Of a DNA stretch of 64,000 nt, positions 38,957 to 50,422 are shown one piece after another. The DNA lies in contig CAVQWI010000004.1 of assembly GCA_963717585.1 (NCBI GenBank), forward strand, positions 16,299 to 80,298. The letters run 5' to 3'. Source of the DNA: an uncultured Actinomycetota bacterium. Its GTDB lineage: Bacteria > Actinomycetota > Actinomycetes > Actinomycetales > Microbacteriaceae. The stretch's first letter is position 1. Every line of letters starts with the position of its first letter. The position numbers and the translations under genes were made by a program. The notes under the pieces were generated by a model. That model searched no databases, was not told the DNA's origin, and saw only the letters and a list, made by a program, of their open reading frames with translations.

Positions 38957-40637
38957 ATGCCTGCTCACACCAACACCGTCTCCGTCCTCCTCGATCGCGT
39001 CTCGTTCGCGTGGCCGGACGGCTCCCTCGCGCTGAGCGAGATATCCGGCGCGTTCGGCGCGGGCCGCACGGGCCTGGTCGGCCGCAACGGCTCCGGCAAG
39101 TCCACGCTGCTGCGTCTGATCGCCGGCGAGCTCGAGCCTCGGCCGGGGAGGTCACCGCTACGGCGGATGTCTCGTACCTGCCGCAGCAGCTGACGCTCGA
39201 CGTCGCCCGGCCCGTGGCCGAGCTGCTCGGCATCGCCGATCAGCTCGCGGCGCTCCGGGCCATCGAGGCGGGAGACGTCGACCCCCGGCACTTCGAGGCG
39301 GTGGGCGACGGCTGGGACATCGAGGCCCGCGCGCACGCCGCCCTGGCCGAAGCCGGACTCGCACCCGACATGCTCGACCGCCGCGTGGGCGAGCTCTCCG
39401 GCGGCGAGGCCGTGCTCACCGCGATCGCCGGCATCCGGCTGCGCGCGGCTCCCATCGCCCTTCTCGACGAGCCGACGAACAACCTCGACCGCGACGCACG
39501 CGCGCGGCTCGCTGACATCGTGCGGGGGTGGCGCGGGGCGCTCATCGTGGTCAGTCACGATCTGGCGCTGCTCGAGCTGATGGACGACACCGCGGAACTC
39601 TACGAGAACGAGCTCTCCGTGTTCGGCGGCCCCTACTCGATCTGGCGGGAGCGCTTGGACACCGAGCAGGATGCCGCCCGCCAGGCCGAGCGCTCCGCCG
39701 CACAGCTGCTGCGACGGGAGAAGCGCGACCGCATGGAGGCCGAGATGAAGATCGCCCGGCGAAAGGCGATGGGCCGCAAGGCTCAGCTCGAGAAGCGGGT
39801 GCCGCCGATCGTCGCCGGCGGCCTGAAACGCGCCGCCGAAGTGTCGGCGGGAAAGATGCGAACCGACATGCGCGACCGCGAATCCACCGCGCGCAAGGCG
39901 CTGGATGCCGCCGAGCGGCGCGTGCGCGACGACGACGCGATCCGCATCGACCTGCCGGATCCCGATGTTCCGGCAGGGCGGCGCATCGCCGCTATCGGCG
40001 ACGGCGAGCGGTCGTGGATCATCCAGGGGCCGGAGCGCGTCGCCTTGGTGGGCGCCAACGGCGTCGGCAAGACGACGCTGCTCGAGGCGCTGATCTCGGG
40101 TTCGGCTCCGCGCAGCTCCGGCTGGATCGCGGCGAGACACCGGGCGAGGCGACCCGAAGCACGCGCGCGGCGACGACGGAGGCGGCATTCAGCCTGGGTT
40201 CGGCGACGGCCGAGCCGTTCACCGACCGGATCGGATATCTTCCTCAGCGGGTCGACGGGCTGGATGACGCGGCGAGTGTTCTCGAGAACGTGCGGAGGGC
40301 GGCACCGGCGGTACCGGACCGCGAGCTGCGCAATCGGCTCGCCCGCTTCCTCATCCGGGGCGGGGCCGTCGATCGGCCGGTCTCGACGCTCTCGGGCGGC
40401 GAACGGTTCCGCGTGGCACTCGCGCGGCTTCTGCTGGCCGACCCGCCGCCGCAGCTGCTCGTGCTCGACGAGCCGACGAACAACCTCGACCTCGACACGG
40501 TCGGTCAGCTGATCGAAGCCCTCGCGGCATATCGAGGTGCGGTGCTCGTGGTCAGTCACGACGAGGCGTTCCTGTCGCGGCTGGGCGTCGACATGATGCT
40601 CGAACTGGGTCGCGACGGCGCGCTCGCCGAACTGTGA
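38957..40637 (+). CDS. ABC-F family ATPase (ribosome-protection-like); two frameshifts, near 39138 and within about 40100-40200
   Basis: Two NBDs (GRNGSGKS, LSGGE, DEPTNNLD twice), basic helical linker, no TM segments; spread over three frames. Confidence 0.88.
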
Positions 40638-40676
40638 GGGCTATCGGTGCGGGTTCGGTTCGGGCAAGATGGCCGC

Positions 40677-40862
40677 ATGGCCGAGCTCGTCCGTCCCCGC
40701 ACCGGTCGCGTCATCGGCGGCGTGTGCGCCGCGATCGCGAACCGCTTCGAGATGAGCGCGACTGTCGTTCGGGTCGCGATGGTCCTCTCCGTGGTCTTCT
40801 TCGGGCTGTCGATCGGGCTGTACCTGATCCTCTGGCTGCTCATCCCCCTCGAACGCACCTGA
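40677..40862 (+). CDS. PspC domain protein
   Basis: RPRTGRVIGGVCAAIA...YLILWLLIP. Confidence 0.9.
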   Translation: MAELVRPRTGRVIGGVCAAIANRFEMSATVVRVAMVLSVVFFGLSIGLYLILWLLIPLERT

Positions 40863-40923
40863 CCGCCCTCGCGGCGCACCGCGTGCCCGCCCCGATGTCG
40901 CCGCCACCAGGGAAGATGGAGGG

Positions 40924-43900
40924 ATGAGCGACGTGCTCGAGCGGTTCGGTCCTGCCACGCAGGACTGGTTCCGCGGCGCCTTCGCGGCCCCGACACCCGC
41001 GCAGCTCGGCGCCTGGGACGCGATCTCGCACGGTAAGCACGCCCTGGTGGTGGCTCCGACCGGGTCCGGCAAGACCCTCTCGGCATTCCTCTGGGCGATC
41101 GATCGCATATTCCACGAGAAGGATGCCGCTCCTCCGGTCGATGCAAAGCGAAGGCGGACGACGATCGCGTCGGCATCCCCGACGAGAGTCCTGTACATCT
41201 CGCCCCTGAAGGCGCTCGGCGTCGACGTCGAGCGCAACCTCCGGTCGCCTCTCGTCGGAATCGGGCAGTCGGCGCGGCGATTGGGCGTCACCGTGCCCGG
41301 CGTCACGGTGGGCGTCCGCTCGGGCGACACCACCTCGTCCGACCGGCGCAAGCTCGTCACGGCTCCTCCCGACATCCTGATCACGACGCCCGAGTCGCTC
41401 TACCTGATGCTGACCAGTCAGGCGGGCGAGACGCTCAAGGGCGTGCACACGGTGATCGTCGACGAGGTGCACGCGGTCGCCGCCACCAAGCGCGGTGCGC
41501 ATCTCGCCGTCAGTCTGGAGCGCCTCGATGCGCTCCTCGAGAAGCCGGCGCAGCGCATCGGCCTCTCGGCGACGGTGCGGCCGATCGACGAGGTGGCACG
41601 CTTCCTGGGCGGATCGGCTCCGGTCGAGATCGTCGCGCCTCCCGCCACGAAGACCTTCGACCTCAGCGTGGTGGTACCGGTCGACGACATGCTCAACCCG
41701 CCGCCCCCGCCGGGAACCGAGCCGCCGGCAGGCAGCGATCCGGATGCCGCAGCCGACGAACCCGTCGACGAGGACTGGTTCGGCGACGGGAGCGGGGCGA
41801 AGTCTCGCTCCGCCCGCACGGCGAACGGCAGCGGCGAGGTCGAGATGACCGGGTCGCTGTGGCCGCATGTCGAGGAGGCGATCGTCGACCGCATCCTGGA
41901 GCATCGATCCACAATCGTCTTCTCCAACTCTCGCCGTCTCGCGGAGCGACTGACCGGACGGCTGAACGAGATCTACGCGGAGCGACTCGGGCTCGATCTG
42001 CCGGACGCCGCGATCCCGGCCGCGATGATGGCTCAGGCCGGGATCAGCTCGGGCGCAGACCCGGTGCTGGCGAAGGCCCACCACGGGTCGGTGTCGAAGG
42101 AGCAGCGAGCTCAGGTCGAGGAGGAGCTGAAGTCGGGCGCGCTGCGCTGCGTGGTCGCCACCAGCAGCCTCGAGCTCGGCATCGACATGGGCGCGGTCGA
42201 CCTCGTGATCCAGGTCGAGGCGCCCCCGAGCGCCGCATCGGGACTGCAGCGCATCGGCCGCGCCGGCCACCAGGTCGGCGAGGTGAGCCGCGCCGCACTG
42301 TTCCCGAAGCACCGCGGAGACGTGCTGCACACCGCGATCGTGACCGAGCGGATGCTCGCGGGCCAGATCGAGGCCATCGCCGTGCCGCAGAACCCGCTCG
42401 ACATCCTCGCCCAGCAGACGGTCGCGGCATCCGCACTCGGACCCGTCGACGTGGAGGGCTGGTACGAGACCGTCCGGCGCAGCGCGCCCTTCCGGACGCT
42501 CCCCCGCTCGGCGTACGAGGCGACGCTCGATCTGCTCGCCGGCCGGTTCCCGTCCGATGAGTTCGCCGAGCTGCGACCGCGGCTCGTGTGGGACCGCGAC
42601 CACGGAACGCTCACCGGCAGGCCCGGTGCGCAGCGGATCGCGGTGACCAGCGGCGGCACGATCCCCGACCGGGGTCTGTTCGGGGTGTTCGTCGCGGGCG
42701 AGTCGCAGAATGCACGGGTGGGCGAGCTCGACGAGGAGATGGTCTACGAGTCGCGGGTCAACGACGTCTTCACGCTGGGAACGACCAGCTGGCGGATCGT
42801 CGAGATCACCCACGACCGGGTCAATGTCCTTCCTGCCTACGGGCAGCCCGGCAAGCTTCCCTTCTGGCACGGCGACGGTCTCGGCCGCCCGGCGGAGCTC
42901 GGAGAAGCGCTCGGCAGGTTCTCCCGCGAGGTCTCGGCTTCGACGCCCGCGAAGGCGCGAGAACGCCTTCGCGATGCGGGTCTCGACGACAACGCGTCGA
43001 CGAACCTCCTCGCCTACCTCGCCGAGCAGCGCGAGGCCACCGGGACCCTGCCGACCGACACGTCGCTCACCGTCGAACGCGCTCGAGACGAGGTCGGCGA
43101 CTGGCGGGTGATCCTGCATTCCCCGTACGGCATGAAGGTGCACGGACCGTGGGCACTTGCGGTCAACGCCCGCATACGCGAGCGCCTCGGCGTCGAGGGA
43201 TCGGCGGTCGCGAGCGACGACGGCATCATCGCGCGCGTCCCGGATGCCGCCGCCGAGCCCCCGGGCGCCGAGCTGTTCGTCTTCGAGCCCGACGAGCTGG
43301 AGCAGATCGTCACCGACGAGGTCGGCGGTTCGGCGCTGTTCGCCTCCCGCTTCCGCGAGTGCGCCGCCCGTGCCCTGCTGATGCCGCGGATGAACCCGAA
43401 CCGCCGGTCGCCGCTCTGGCAGCAGCGGCAGCGATCGGCCCAGCTGCTGGAGGTAGCGCGCCGGTACCCGACGTTCCCGATCATCCTCGAGACGCTGCGC
43501 GAGGTGCTGCAGGACGTCTACGACGTGCCCGCGCTCCTGCACATCGCCCGCAGCATCGGCGATCGGCGCATCCGGCTGGTCGAGACCACGACCACCCAGC
43601 CTTCGCCGTTCGCCCGCGACCTCCTTTTCGGCTACGTCGGGGCGTTCATGTACGAGGGGGACTCCCCTCTCGCTGAGCGCCGAGCGGCCGCCCTCTCGGT
43701 CGACCCGGCGCTGCTCAGCGAGCTGCTGGGCAGGGTCGAGATGCGCGAGCTGCTCGATCCCGACATCATGGCCCAGTTCGAGCGGGAGGCGCAGCGCCTC
43801 GATCCCGACCGCCGGGCGCGCGGCATCGAGGGAGTCGCCGACCTGCTGCGGATGCTCGGCCCCCTCGACGCCGGAGACGTTGCCGCCAGGCTCGAGCCGG

Positions 43901-45667
43901 CCGATCCTTCGGCGGCTGACCAGGCAGCCGAAGCCGACGCATCCGCTCATCTTGCCGAGCTGATCGATACCCGACGCGCCATCCCGGTGACCATCGCCGG
44001 AGCCTCGCGGGTCGCGGCGATCGAAGACGCTGGTCGTCTGCGCGATGCCCTCGGCGCGGCGCTGCCGGTCGGCATCCCGAACGCCTTCCTCGAGCCCGTG
44101 GCCGACCCGCTCGGCGACCTGGTGGCCCGATTCGCCCGCACCCACGGACCCTTCCCGACCGCCGCCGTCGCAGAGCGGTTCGGCGTGGGCGTGGCAGTGG
44201 CCCGTCTGACGCTCCAGCGTCTCGAAGCCCAGGGCCGTGTCGCCAGCGGCTTCTTCCTTCCGACGTCCACCGACTCACGACCCGGATCGGACGAGACCGA
44301 GTGGTGCGACTCCGAGGTGCTGCGGCGGCTTCGGATGCGGTCCCTCGCGGCAATCCGCGGAAGCGTGGAGCCGGTCTCACCCGAGGCGTTCGCTCGGTTC
44401 CTGCCGGTCTGGCAGCACATCGCGCGCCCGCTCGACGGGCTCGACGGCGTAGCGGCGGTGATCGAGCAGCTCGCGGGCGTCCCGATCCCGGCGAGTGCAT
44501 GGGAGTCGCTGGTCCTGCCGTCGCGGGTCGCTGACTACACACCGGGCATGCTCGACGAGCTCACGGCCACCGGCGAGGTGATCTGGTCGGGCCACGGCGC
44601 CCTGCCCGGCCGCGACGGGTGGATCGCCTTGCACCCGGCTGACGCGGCATCCCTCACGCTGCAGCAGTCGGAAGAAGATCTCGTGCCGGACTCTCTGGAG
44701 GCGCGCATCGTCGACGCGCTCGCAACGGGAGGCGCGTACTTCGCCGCGCAGCTGCGTCAGCTGGCGGCTGCCGAGAACGAGCAGTCCGTCATCGAGGCCC
44801 TGTGGAGCCTCACGTGGGCGGGCCGGGTCACCAATGACACGTTCGCACCGGTCCGGATGCTGCTCGGCGGCGGATCGCAGGCCCACCGCACGGCGCGCAA
44901 GGCTCCGCGCGCACGGATGTACCGAGGCGCGAGCATCGCGCGTGCAAGCACGCCACCGCGCCCGCCCGCGATCGGCGGCCGGTGGTCCCTTCTGCCGCAG
45001 CCTGAGCCGGAGCCGACCCTGCGTGCCACCGCAGCCGCCAGCCTGCTCCTGGACCGCTACGGCGTCGTCACGCGCGGCTCGGTCCAGGCCGAGGGTCTGC
45101 CGGGAGGGTTCGCGCAGGCCTACCGCGTCCTCGCCGGCTTCGAGCAGGCCGGGCACTGCCGCCGCGGCTACGTCATCGAAAAGCTCGGGGCGGCGCAGTT
45201 CGCGGCATCCGCCACTGTCGACCGCCTGCGCGAGTTCGCCGGCCTGCCCGACCCGCCGCCGCTGCGCGCGGTCACGCTGGCAGCCACCGATCCCGCGAAC
45301 CCCTACGGCGCCGCCCTGCCGTGGCCCGCGCTCGAGGGCGTCACGCACCGCCCGGGCCGCAAGGCCGGCGGGCTGGTCACCGTGGTGGACGGCTCGCTCG
45401 CGCTGTACCTCGAGCGCGGCGGCAAGTCGGCGCTCGCGTTCACCGACGACGAGGCGTCTGCTCGACGCCGCCGCCCGCGACCTGGTCGCCACCGCCCGGG
45501 CACGCCGCCTGGCCACCCTGACGATCGAGCAGGTGAACGGCGTGTTCGTGTACGGGACTCCGGTCGGCCGGGCGCTGCGCGATGCAGGCTTCGTGGAGTC
45601 TCCGCGCGGGCTTACGCTTCGCCGTTCCACGGCGGGTGACGCGCTGCGGGAGGCGGCGCGTGCCTGA
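40924..45667 (+). CDS. lhr: Lhr family ATP-dependent helicase; +1 frameshift near 45457
   Basis: APTGSGKT, DEVH, AHHGS, QRIGRAGH, DPANPYG; C-terminus IEQVNG...GFVESPRG continues in the shifted frame. Confidence 0.92.
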
Positions 45668-46433
45668 GGGCGACACGGTCTTCCGCACCGCCCGGCGATT
45701 GAACGAAGCGCTCGGCGGCGCGGAGGTGACGCGGTTCGAGCTGCGCGTGCCTCAGGCCGCCACCGTCGATCTGAGCGGCATGACGGTGCACGACGTCGAA
45801 TCCCGCGGCAAGCATCTGCTGCATCACATCGGCGACTGGACCCTGCACTCGCACCTCAAGATGGAGGGCGCATGGCATGTGTACGAGAGCGGGGGGCGCT
45901 GGCGCAAACCGGGCTACACCGCACGCGCCGTGGTGAGCACATCCGCCTGGGACACCGTCGGCTTCGACCTCGCCGACATCAAGGTGGTTCCCACTCGCGA
46001 CGAGGATCAACTGGTCGGCCATCTCGGCCCCGACCCGCTCGGAGCGCACTGGGATCCGGCCGAAGCCGCTCGGCGGCTGGGCACAGACGATCGGCCGGTG
46101 CACGTCGCCCTGCTGGATCAGCGCAACGTCGCCGGTTTCGGCAATGAGTACGCCAACGAGATCCTGTTCGTGCGCGGCATCCTCCCGACGACCCTCGCCA
46201 CGCAGACGGATGCCGCAGCCCTCGTCGATCTCGGCGCCCGGATGCTTCTCGCCAACCGCGACCGCTTCGGGCGGACCTTCACGGGCGATACGCGCCCGGG
46301 CCGTGCGACCTGGGTCTACGGCAGGCAGGGCCGACCGTGCCGTCGCTGCGGCACGCTGATCCGCGAAGGCTCGCTCGGAGCCGATCCGACGCGCGAGCGG
46401 AACACGTTCTGGTGCCCGACGTGCCAGTCGTGA
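45660..46433 (+). CDS. nei: Fpg/Nei family DNA glycosylase
   Basis: N-terminal PEG, RGKHL, HLKMEG, LLDQRNVAGFGN, CRRC...CPTCQ zinc finger. Confidence 0.93.
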   Translation: MPEGDTVFRTARRLNEALGGAEVTRFELRVPQAATVDLSGMTVHDVESRGKHLLHHIGDWTLHSHLKMEGAWHVYESGGRWRKPGYTARAVVSTSAWDTVGFDLADIKVVPTRDEDQLVGHLGPDPLGAHWDPAEAARRLGTDDRPVHVALLDQRNVAGFGNEYANEILFVRGILPTTLATQTDAAALVDLGARMLLANRDRFGRTFTGDTRPGRATWVYGRQGRPCRRCGTLIREGSLGADPTRERNTFWCPTCQS

Positions 46434-46593
46434 GTGCGGCCCGCCGACGCGTGGATCGCAGTCCGCCGGTTGTGAAGGCGATCCGGCCGGACAGGGCGTC
46501 CGGCCGCACGCCGGGTTCGCGACACCGGGATCTCGCCGCACGGTCGTCGGCGCCGCGAAGATGGAAGCAGCAACCGACAGGGAAGTGATACCC

Positions 46594-48030
46594 GTGGGCA
46601 CGACCGTCTTCGAACGACAGCGACCACCAGCATCCGTCATCGACCGAAGTCTGGCCCGGACACGGCAGAGCATCTTCTGGCTCGACGACCTGCCCGAACA
46701 GCCGGCGCGGTCGGCCGTGACCGGAGACCACGACGTCGACCTCGTGATCGTCGGCGGCGGCTACACAGGCCTGTGGACCGCACTCCTCGCGCGTCGGCGC
46801 GACCCGGGCGCGCGCATCGCGATCGTCGAGGCGCGGACGGTCGGCTGGGCGGCATCCGGACGCAACGGCGGCTTCTGCGAGGCGAGCCTCACCCACGGGC
46901 GCGACAACGGCATCAGCCGCTGGCCCGACGAGATCGACACGCTCGACCGGCTCGGCATGCAGAACCTCGACGCGATGGGCGCCGACATCGCGGAGTGGGG
47001 AATCGACGCCGAATGGGAGCGCGTCGGCGCCCTCGCGGTTGCCACCGAACCTCACCAGCTCGGGTGGCTCGACGAGTGGGCTGAGGATGCCGCAGTCCGC
47101 GGCGAAGAGGGCGTCGTCCGGCTGGACCGTGCGGAGATCCAGGCATCCGTCTCCTCGCCCGCCTACCTCGGCGCGGTCTTCGAAACCCACTCGAACGCGC
47201 TGGTGCACCCGGGCAAGCTCGCGACCGGTCTCGCTCGCGCGGCCGAGGAGCGGGGCATCGAGATCTTCGAGCGCTCCCCGGTGCGGCGTGTCGACACCTC
47301 GGGCGCCGGAGTCGTCGTCGTCACCGAAGCCGGGCGGATCTCGGCGCGAAAGGCCGTGCTGGCAACCAACGTCTTTCCGTCGCTGCTGCGCCGCAACACG
47401 CTGATGACCGTGCCGGTCTACGATTACGTGCTCATGACCGAGCCGCTCAGCGGCGAGCAGAGCGCGGCGATCGGCTGGAACGACCGTCAGGGCCTCAGCG
47501 ACCTCGCGAACCAGTTCCACTACTTCCGTCAGACCGCCGATGGGCGCATCCTGTTCGGCGGGTACGACGCCGTCTACCACTACGGCGGCCGGGTGCGCGC
47601 GCGGTACGAGGACCGCCCCGAGTCCTACCGCAAGCTCGCAAGCCACTTCTTCACGATGTTCCCGCAGCTGGACGGGCTGCGCTTCACCCACCGGTGGGCA
47701 GGAGCCATCGACACCTGCTCGCGCTTCTGCGCTTTCTACGGCGCCGCCCGCGACGGGAGGGTCGCCTACGCCGCCGGTTTCACCGGACTGGGCGTGGCCG
47801 CGACTCGCTTCGCCGGCGAGGTGATGCTCGACCTGCTCGAGGGCGTCCCGACCGAACGGACGTCGCTTCGCATGGTGCGCGAGAAGCCGCTCCCGTTCCC
47901 TCCAGAGCCGGTCGCAGCGATGGGCATCAACGCCACCCGGTGGTCGCTCGATCGAGCCGACCACAACGGCGGTCGTCGCAACCTGCTGCTGAAGACCCTC
48001 GATGCGCTCGGATTGGGGTTCGATTCATGA
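46594..48030 (+). CDS. FAD-dependent oxidoreductase (DAO/PuuB-like)
   Basis: IVGGGYTGL, ASGRNGG, GFTGLGV. Confidence 0.88.
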   Translation: MGTTVFERQRPPASVIDRSLARTRQSIFWLDDLPEQPARSAVTGDHDVDLVIVGGGYTGLWTALLARRRDPGARIAIVEARTVGWAASGRNGGFCEASLTHGRDNGISRWPDEIDTLDRLGMQNLDAMGADIAEWGIDAEWERVGALAVATEPHQLGWLDEWAEDAAVRGEEGVVRLDRAEIQASVSSPAYLGAVFETHSNALVHPGKLATGLARAAEERGIEIFERSPVRRVDTSGAGVVVVTEAGRISARKAVLATNVFPSLLRRNTLMTVPVYDYVLMTEPLSGEQSAAIGWNDRQGLSDLANQFHYFRQTADGRILFGGYDAVYHYGGRVRARYEDRPESYRKLASHFFTMFPQLDGLRFTHRWAGAIDTCSRFCAFYGAARDGRVAYAAGFTGLGVAATRFAGEVMLDLLEGVPTERTSLRMVREKPLPFPPEPVAAMGINATRWSLDRADHNGGRRNLLLKTLDALGLGFDS

Positions 48031-48045
48031 GGTTGGAGCGCGACG

Positions 48046-49695
48046 TCAGCGCCCTGTGCTGCGGCGGACGAGCAGCGCGAGATGCAGAGCCGTCTGGGTC
48101 TCACCGTCGTCGAGGTCGACGTCCAGCAGATCCTCGATGAGGGCGAGGCGCTGGTAGAACACCGACCGCGACAGGTGCGATGCGGATGCCGCAGCGGTGC
48201 GGTTGCCCGGATGCGCGAGCATGGCCTCGAGGACGTCGAGCAGATCTCCCCCGCGCTCGAGGTCGTGGACGATGAGCGGCATCAGCATCCGCTCGCCGTG
48301 CTCGAGGAGGCGGTGATCGTCGCGCAGCGCGGTGACCAGCTGCACCAGCGGCCGATCCTCCACGCGTCGCAGGACCGGCCCACGCGCGGGCCGGCGCTTG
48401 CGACCGCGAGCGAGGTCGACGGCCTCCTGCAGTGAGACGAGCGCTTCTTCCAGGCCGTCTCCGGCGCTGCCCACCGAGGCGACGACGTGCTCGGCGGCGT
48501 CGCCGGCAAGCGCATGCACGAAGGTGAGGGCGGTCTCGTCACCGAATGACACGTCCGCAGGGAGCGACAGCAGCACCGTCGTGGCCGGTGGGGTGAATCC
48601 CTCCGGCGCCGACCCGGCGAGCGCACGCCCGTGCAGGCCGCGGGCTGCAGCATCCGTCGCCTCGGCGGTCGCGGCCACTCCCGAGACCACGATGCCGTAC
48701 AGTCGCGCGCTGTTCACGGGGAGCCCCGCCGCCTCGAGGCGCGACGACGCGCCGGCGATGCCGGCGAAGCGGCCCGCGAGCAGGCCGTCGAGCAGCCGTC
48801 GCCGACCGATCCGCGCCCACTCGTCGGTGCCGCCGTCGGCGAGCCTGCCGATCGCGAGCGCGATCGCACCCTGTTCGAGCACGGCCGCGCGGCCGGCGGG
48901 ATGCGCCGGACCGGGCAGGGCGATCAGGCTGCCCCACCGGATGCCGCGCGCCTCGACCGGAACGATCAGCCAGTTCTCGCCGGCGCTCGCATCAGGGCGC
49001 TCCGCGGCCCGATGCGCAGCGCGTGAGCGAAGCTCCCAGTCGGCGAAGAGCTCTTCCTCCATCGCGGGCGACGCCTCGCTTGCGACGACCTCGTGGGCGA
49101 GGCTCTCGAGGATCACCGGGGCCCCGAGGGTCTGCGCGAGCTGATGGACGATGTAGTCGGCGGGCGCACCGCGCAGCGATAGTGCCGTGAACCGCTCGCG
49201 CACCTCGTCGCGCGCCCGCAGCGCCTCCGTCTGTGCCGAGATGATCCGCCAGTGCACCGCCTCGGTCAGGGAGACGAACTTCACCTCGCGGTGCAGCACG
49301 ACCAGCGCCAGCTTCCGCTCGCGAGCGGCCTCGATCACGACTGCCGGGACGGCTCGATGAGCTGTGCCGAGCTCGAGCACCAGACCGGCGAGTCCCGCAT
49401 CCACGAGTTCGCCGATGAAGTGACGCAGTTCGCCTGGGTCTTCCGGCCACGCCGACCCCGTGGATAGCAGCAGCTCGCCGCCGTTGAGCAGGCGCGCGAT
49501 CCCGGCGCTGTCGGAGAGGTGGACCCACCGCACCCGCGCGTCGAGTGCGTCGCCGCCGACCACGACCTCGGGGTGGCCCTCGGCCACGGAATCGAGCGCG
49601 ATGACCTCGCGCACCGTGGGCAGGGTCTCGTTCTCGTCCGCAACCCCCGGACGAACCGTCCGGGGCGGCAGGCCGCCGCCACCGTCAGCCGCCAT
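48046..49695 (-). CDS. PucR family transcriptional regulator
   Basis: VRWVHLSD, GGELLLSTG, C-terminal HTH HLSRSVFYQRL. Confidence 0.92.
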   Translation of the reverse strand: MAADGGGGLPPRTVRPGVADENETLPTVREVIALDSVAEGHPEVVVGGDALDARVRWVHLSDSAGIARLLNGGELLLSTGSAWPEDPGELRHFIGELVDAGLAGLVLELGTAHRAVPAVVIEAARERKLALVVLHREVKFVSLTEAVHWRIISAQTEALRARDEVRERFTALSLRGAPADYIVHQLAQTLGAPVILESLAHEVVASEASPAMEEELFADWELRSRAAHRAAERPDASAGENWLIVPVEARGIRWGSLIALPGPAHPAGRAAVLEQGAIALAIGRLADGGTDEWARIGRRRLLDGLLAGRFAGIAGASSRLEAAGLPVNSARLYGIVVSGVAATAEATDAAARGLHGRALAGSAPEGFTPPATTVLLSLPADVSFGDETALTFVHALAGDAAEHVVASVGSAGDGLEEALVSLQEAVDLARGRKRRPARGPVLRRVEDRPLVQLVTALRDDHRLLEHGERMLMPLIVHDLERGGDLLDVLEAMLAHPGNRTAAASASHLSRSVFYQRLALIEDLLDVDLDDGETQTALHLALLVRRSTGR

Positions 49696-49892
49696 GGTGC
49701 ACTCCCCCGATCCGCCGCACGTCGACCCGCACAGCCTAGGGGATGGTCGGTCGATCTGTCCGGGCGCCTCCGATCCGACCTGCGTGCTCCTCCGACTCCG
49801 GCGGCGGATTGCCTCGATGCCGGGGGAATCCGATTCGCCATCGACCCCGAATACCTTTTGTCAACCCCGTGCATCCATATGGACCGATGCGC

Positions 49893-49919
49893 GGGAATGA
49901 ATTGGTGAGAGGTCAGGTT
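49893..49919 (+). promoter_or_regulatory. Possible SigH/SigE-type stress promoter
   Basis: GGGAAT-N18-GTT about 40 nt upstream of the LbH gene, in an AT-richer patch. Confidence 0.35.
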
Positions 49920-49958
49920 ATTCCTGTACTCGGCACATGAGGGCCGCAGGAGGGGACC

Positions 49959-50366
49959 GTGGGTAAGAACTACGTCGACATCGAGAACGACCGTGGCGAG
50001 ATGCTGCGCTATCGCAAGCACACGAACGGTCGTGGACTCGTCGCGCACGGCGCGAAGGTGCACCCGAGCGCGATCGTGGAAGCCGGTGCCTACGTCGAAC
50101 CCGGAGTCCACATCGCCGCCGGAGCACACGTCGGCCGGGGAGTCTGGGTCGAATCGGATGCCGTCATCGGCCCGGAGGCCGACATCGCACCCCACGCCCA
50201 CATCGGATCGGGCGCCGCAATCGGCGCCGGAGCGAAGATCGGCGTGCGCACCCAGGTGGGCACGGGCGCTCGCGTTGCAGTCGGCTCGCTGATCGGCGAC
50301 GACGAGATCATCGGAGACGGCGAGCGGGTCGCGACAGACCGACGGGGCCTGCGACTCGCGGCCTGA
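49959..50366 (+). CDS. Hexapeptide-repeat (left-handed beta-helix) protein
   Basis: Continuous [IV]GxxAx repeats; AGGAGG RBS. Confidence 0.85.
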   Translation: MGKNYVDIENDRGEMLRYRKHTNGRGLVAHGAKVHPSAIVEAGAYVEPGVHIAAGAHVGRGVWVESDAVIGPEADIAPHAHIGSGAAIGAGAKIGVRTQVGTGARVAVGSLIGDDEIIGDGERVATDRRGLRLAA

Positions 50367-50422
50367 ACCACACGAGCCCCAGCGGGACGGAGCATGTCGC
50401 TCGCGCGGCCTAGGCTCACAGA

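Noticed and set aside
40840-44145. 1101-aa minus-strand ORF, and other long antisense ORFs such as 23168-25978, 33994-36222 and 52487-54784
   Set aside because: Shadow ORFs opposite well-supported genes; expected at high GC and carrying no recognisable motifs
40924-46433. lhr-nei as a novel defence locus
   Set aside because: Well-known conserved actinobacterial DNA repair pairing
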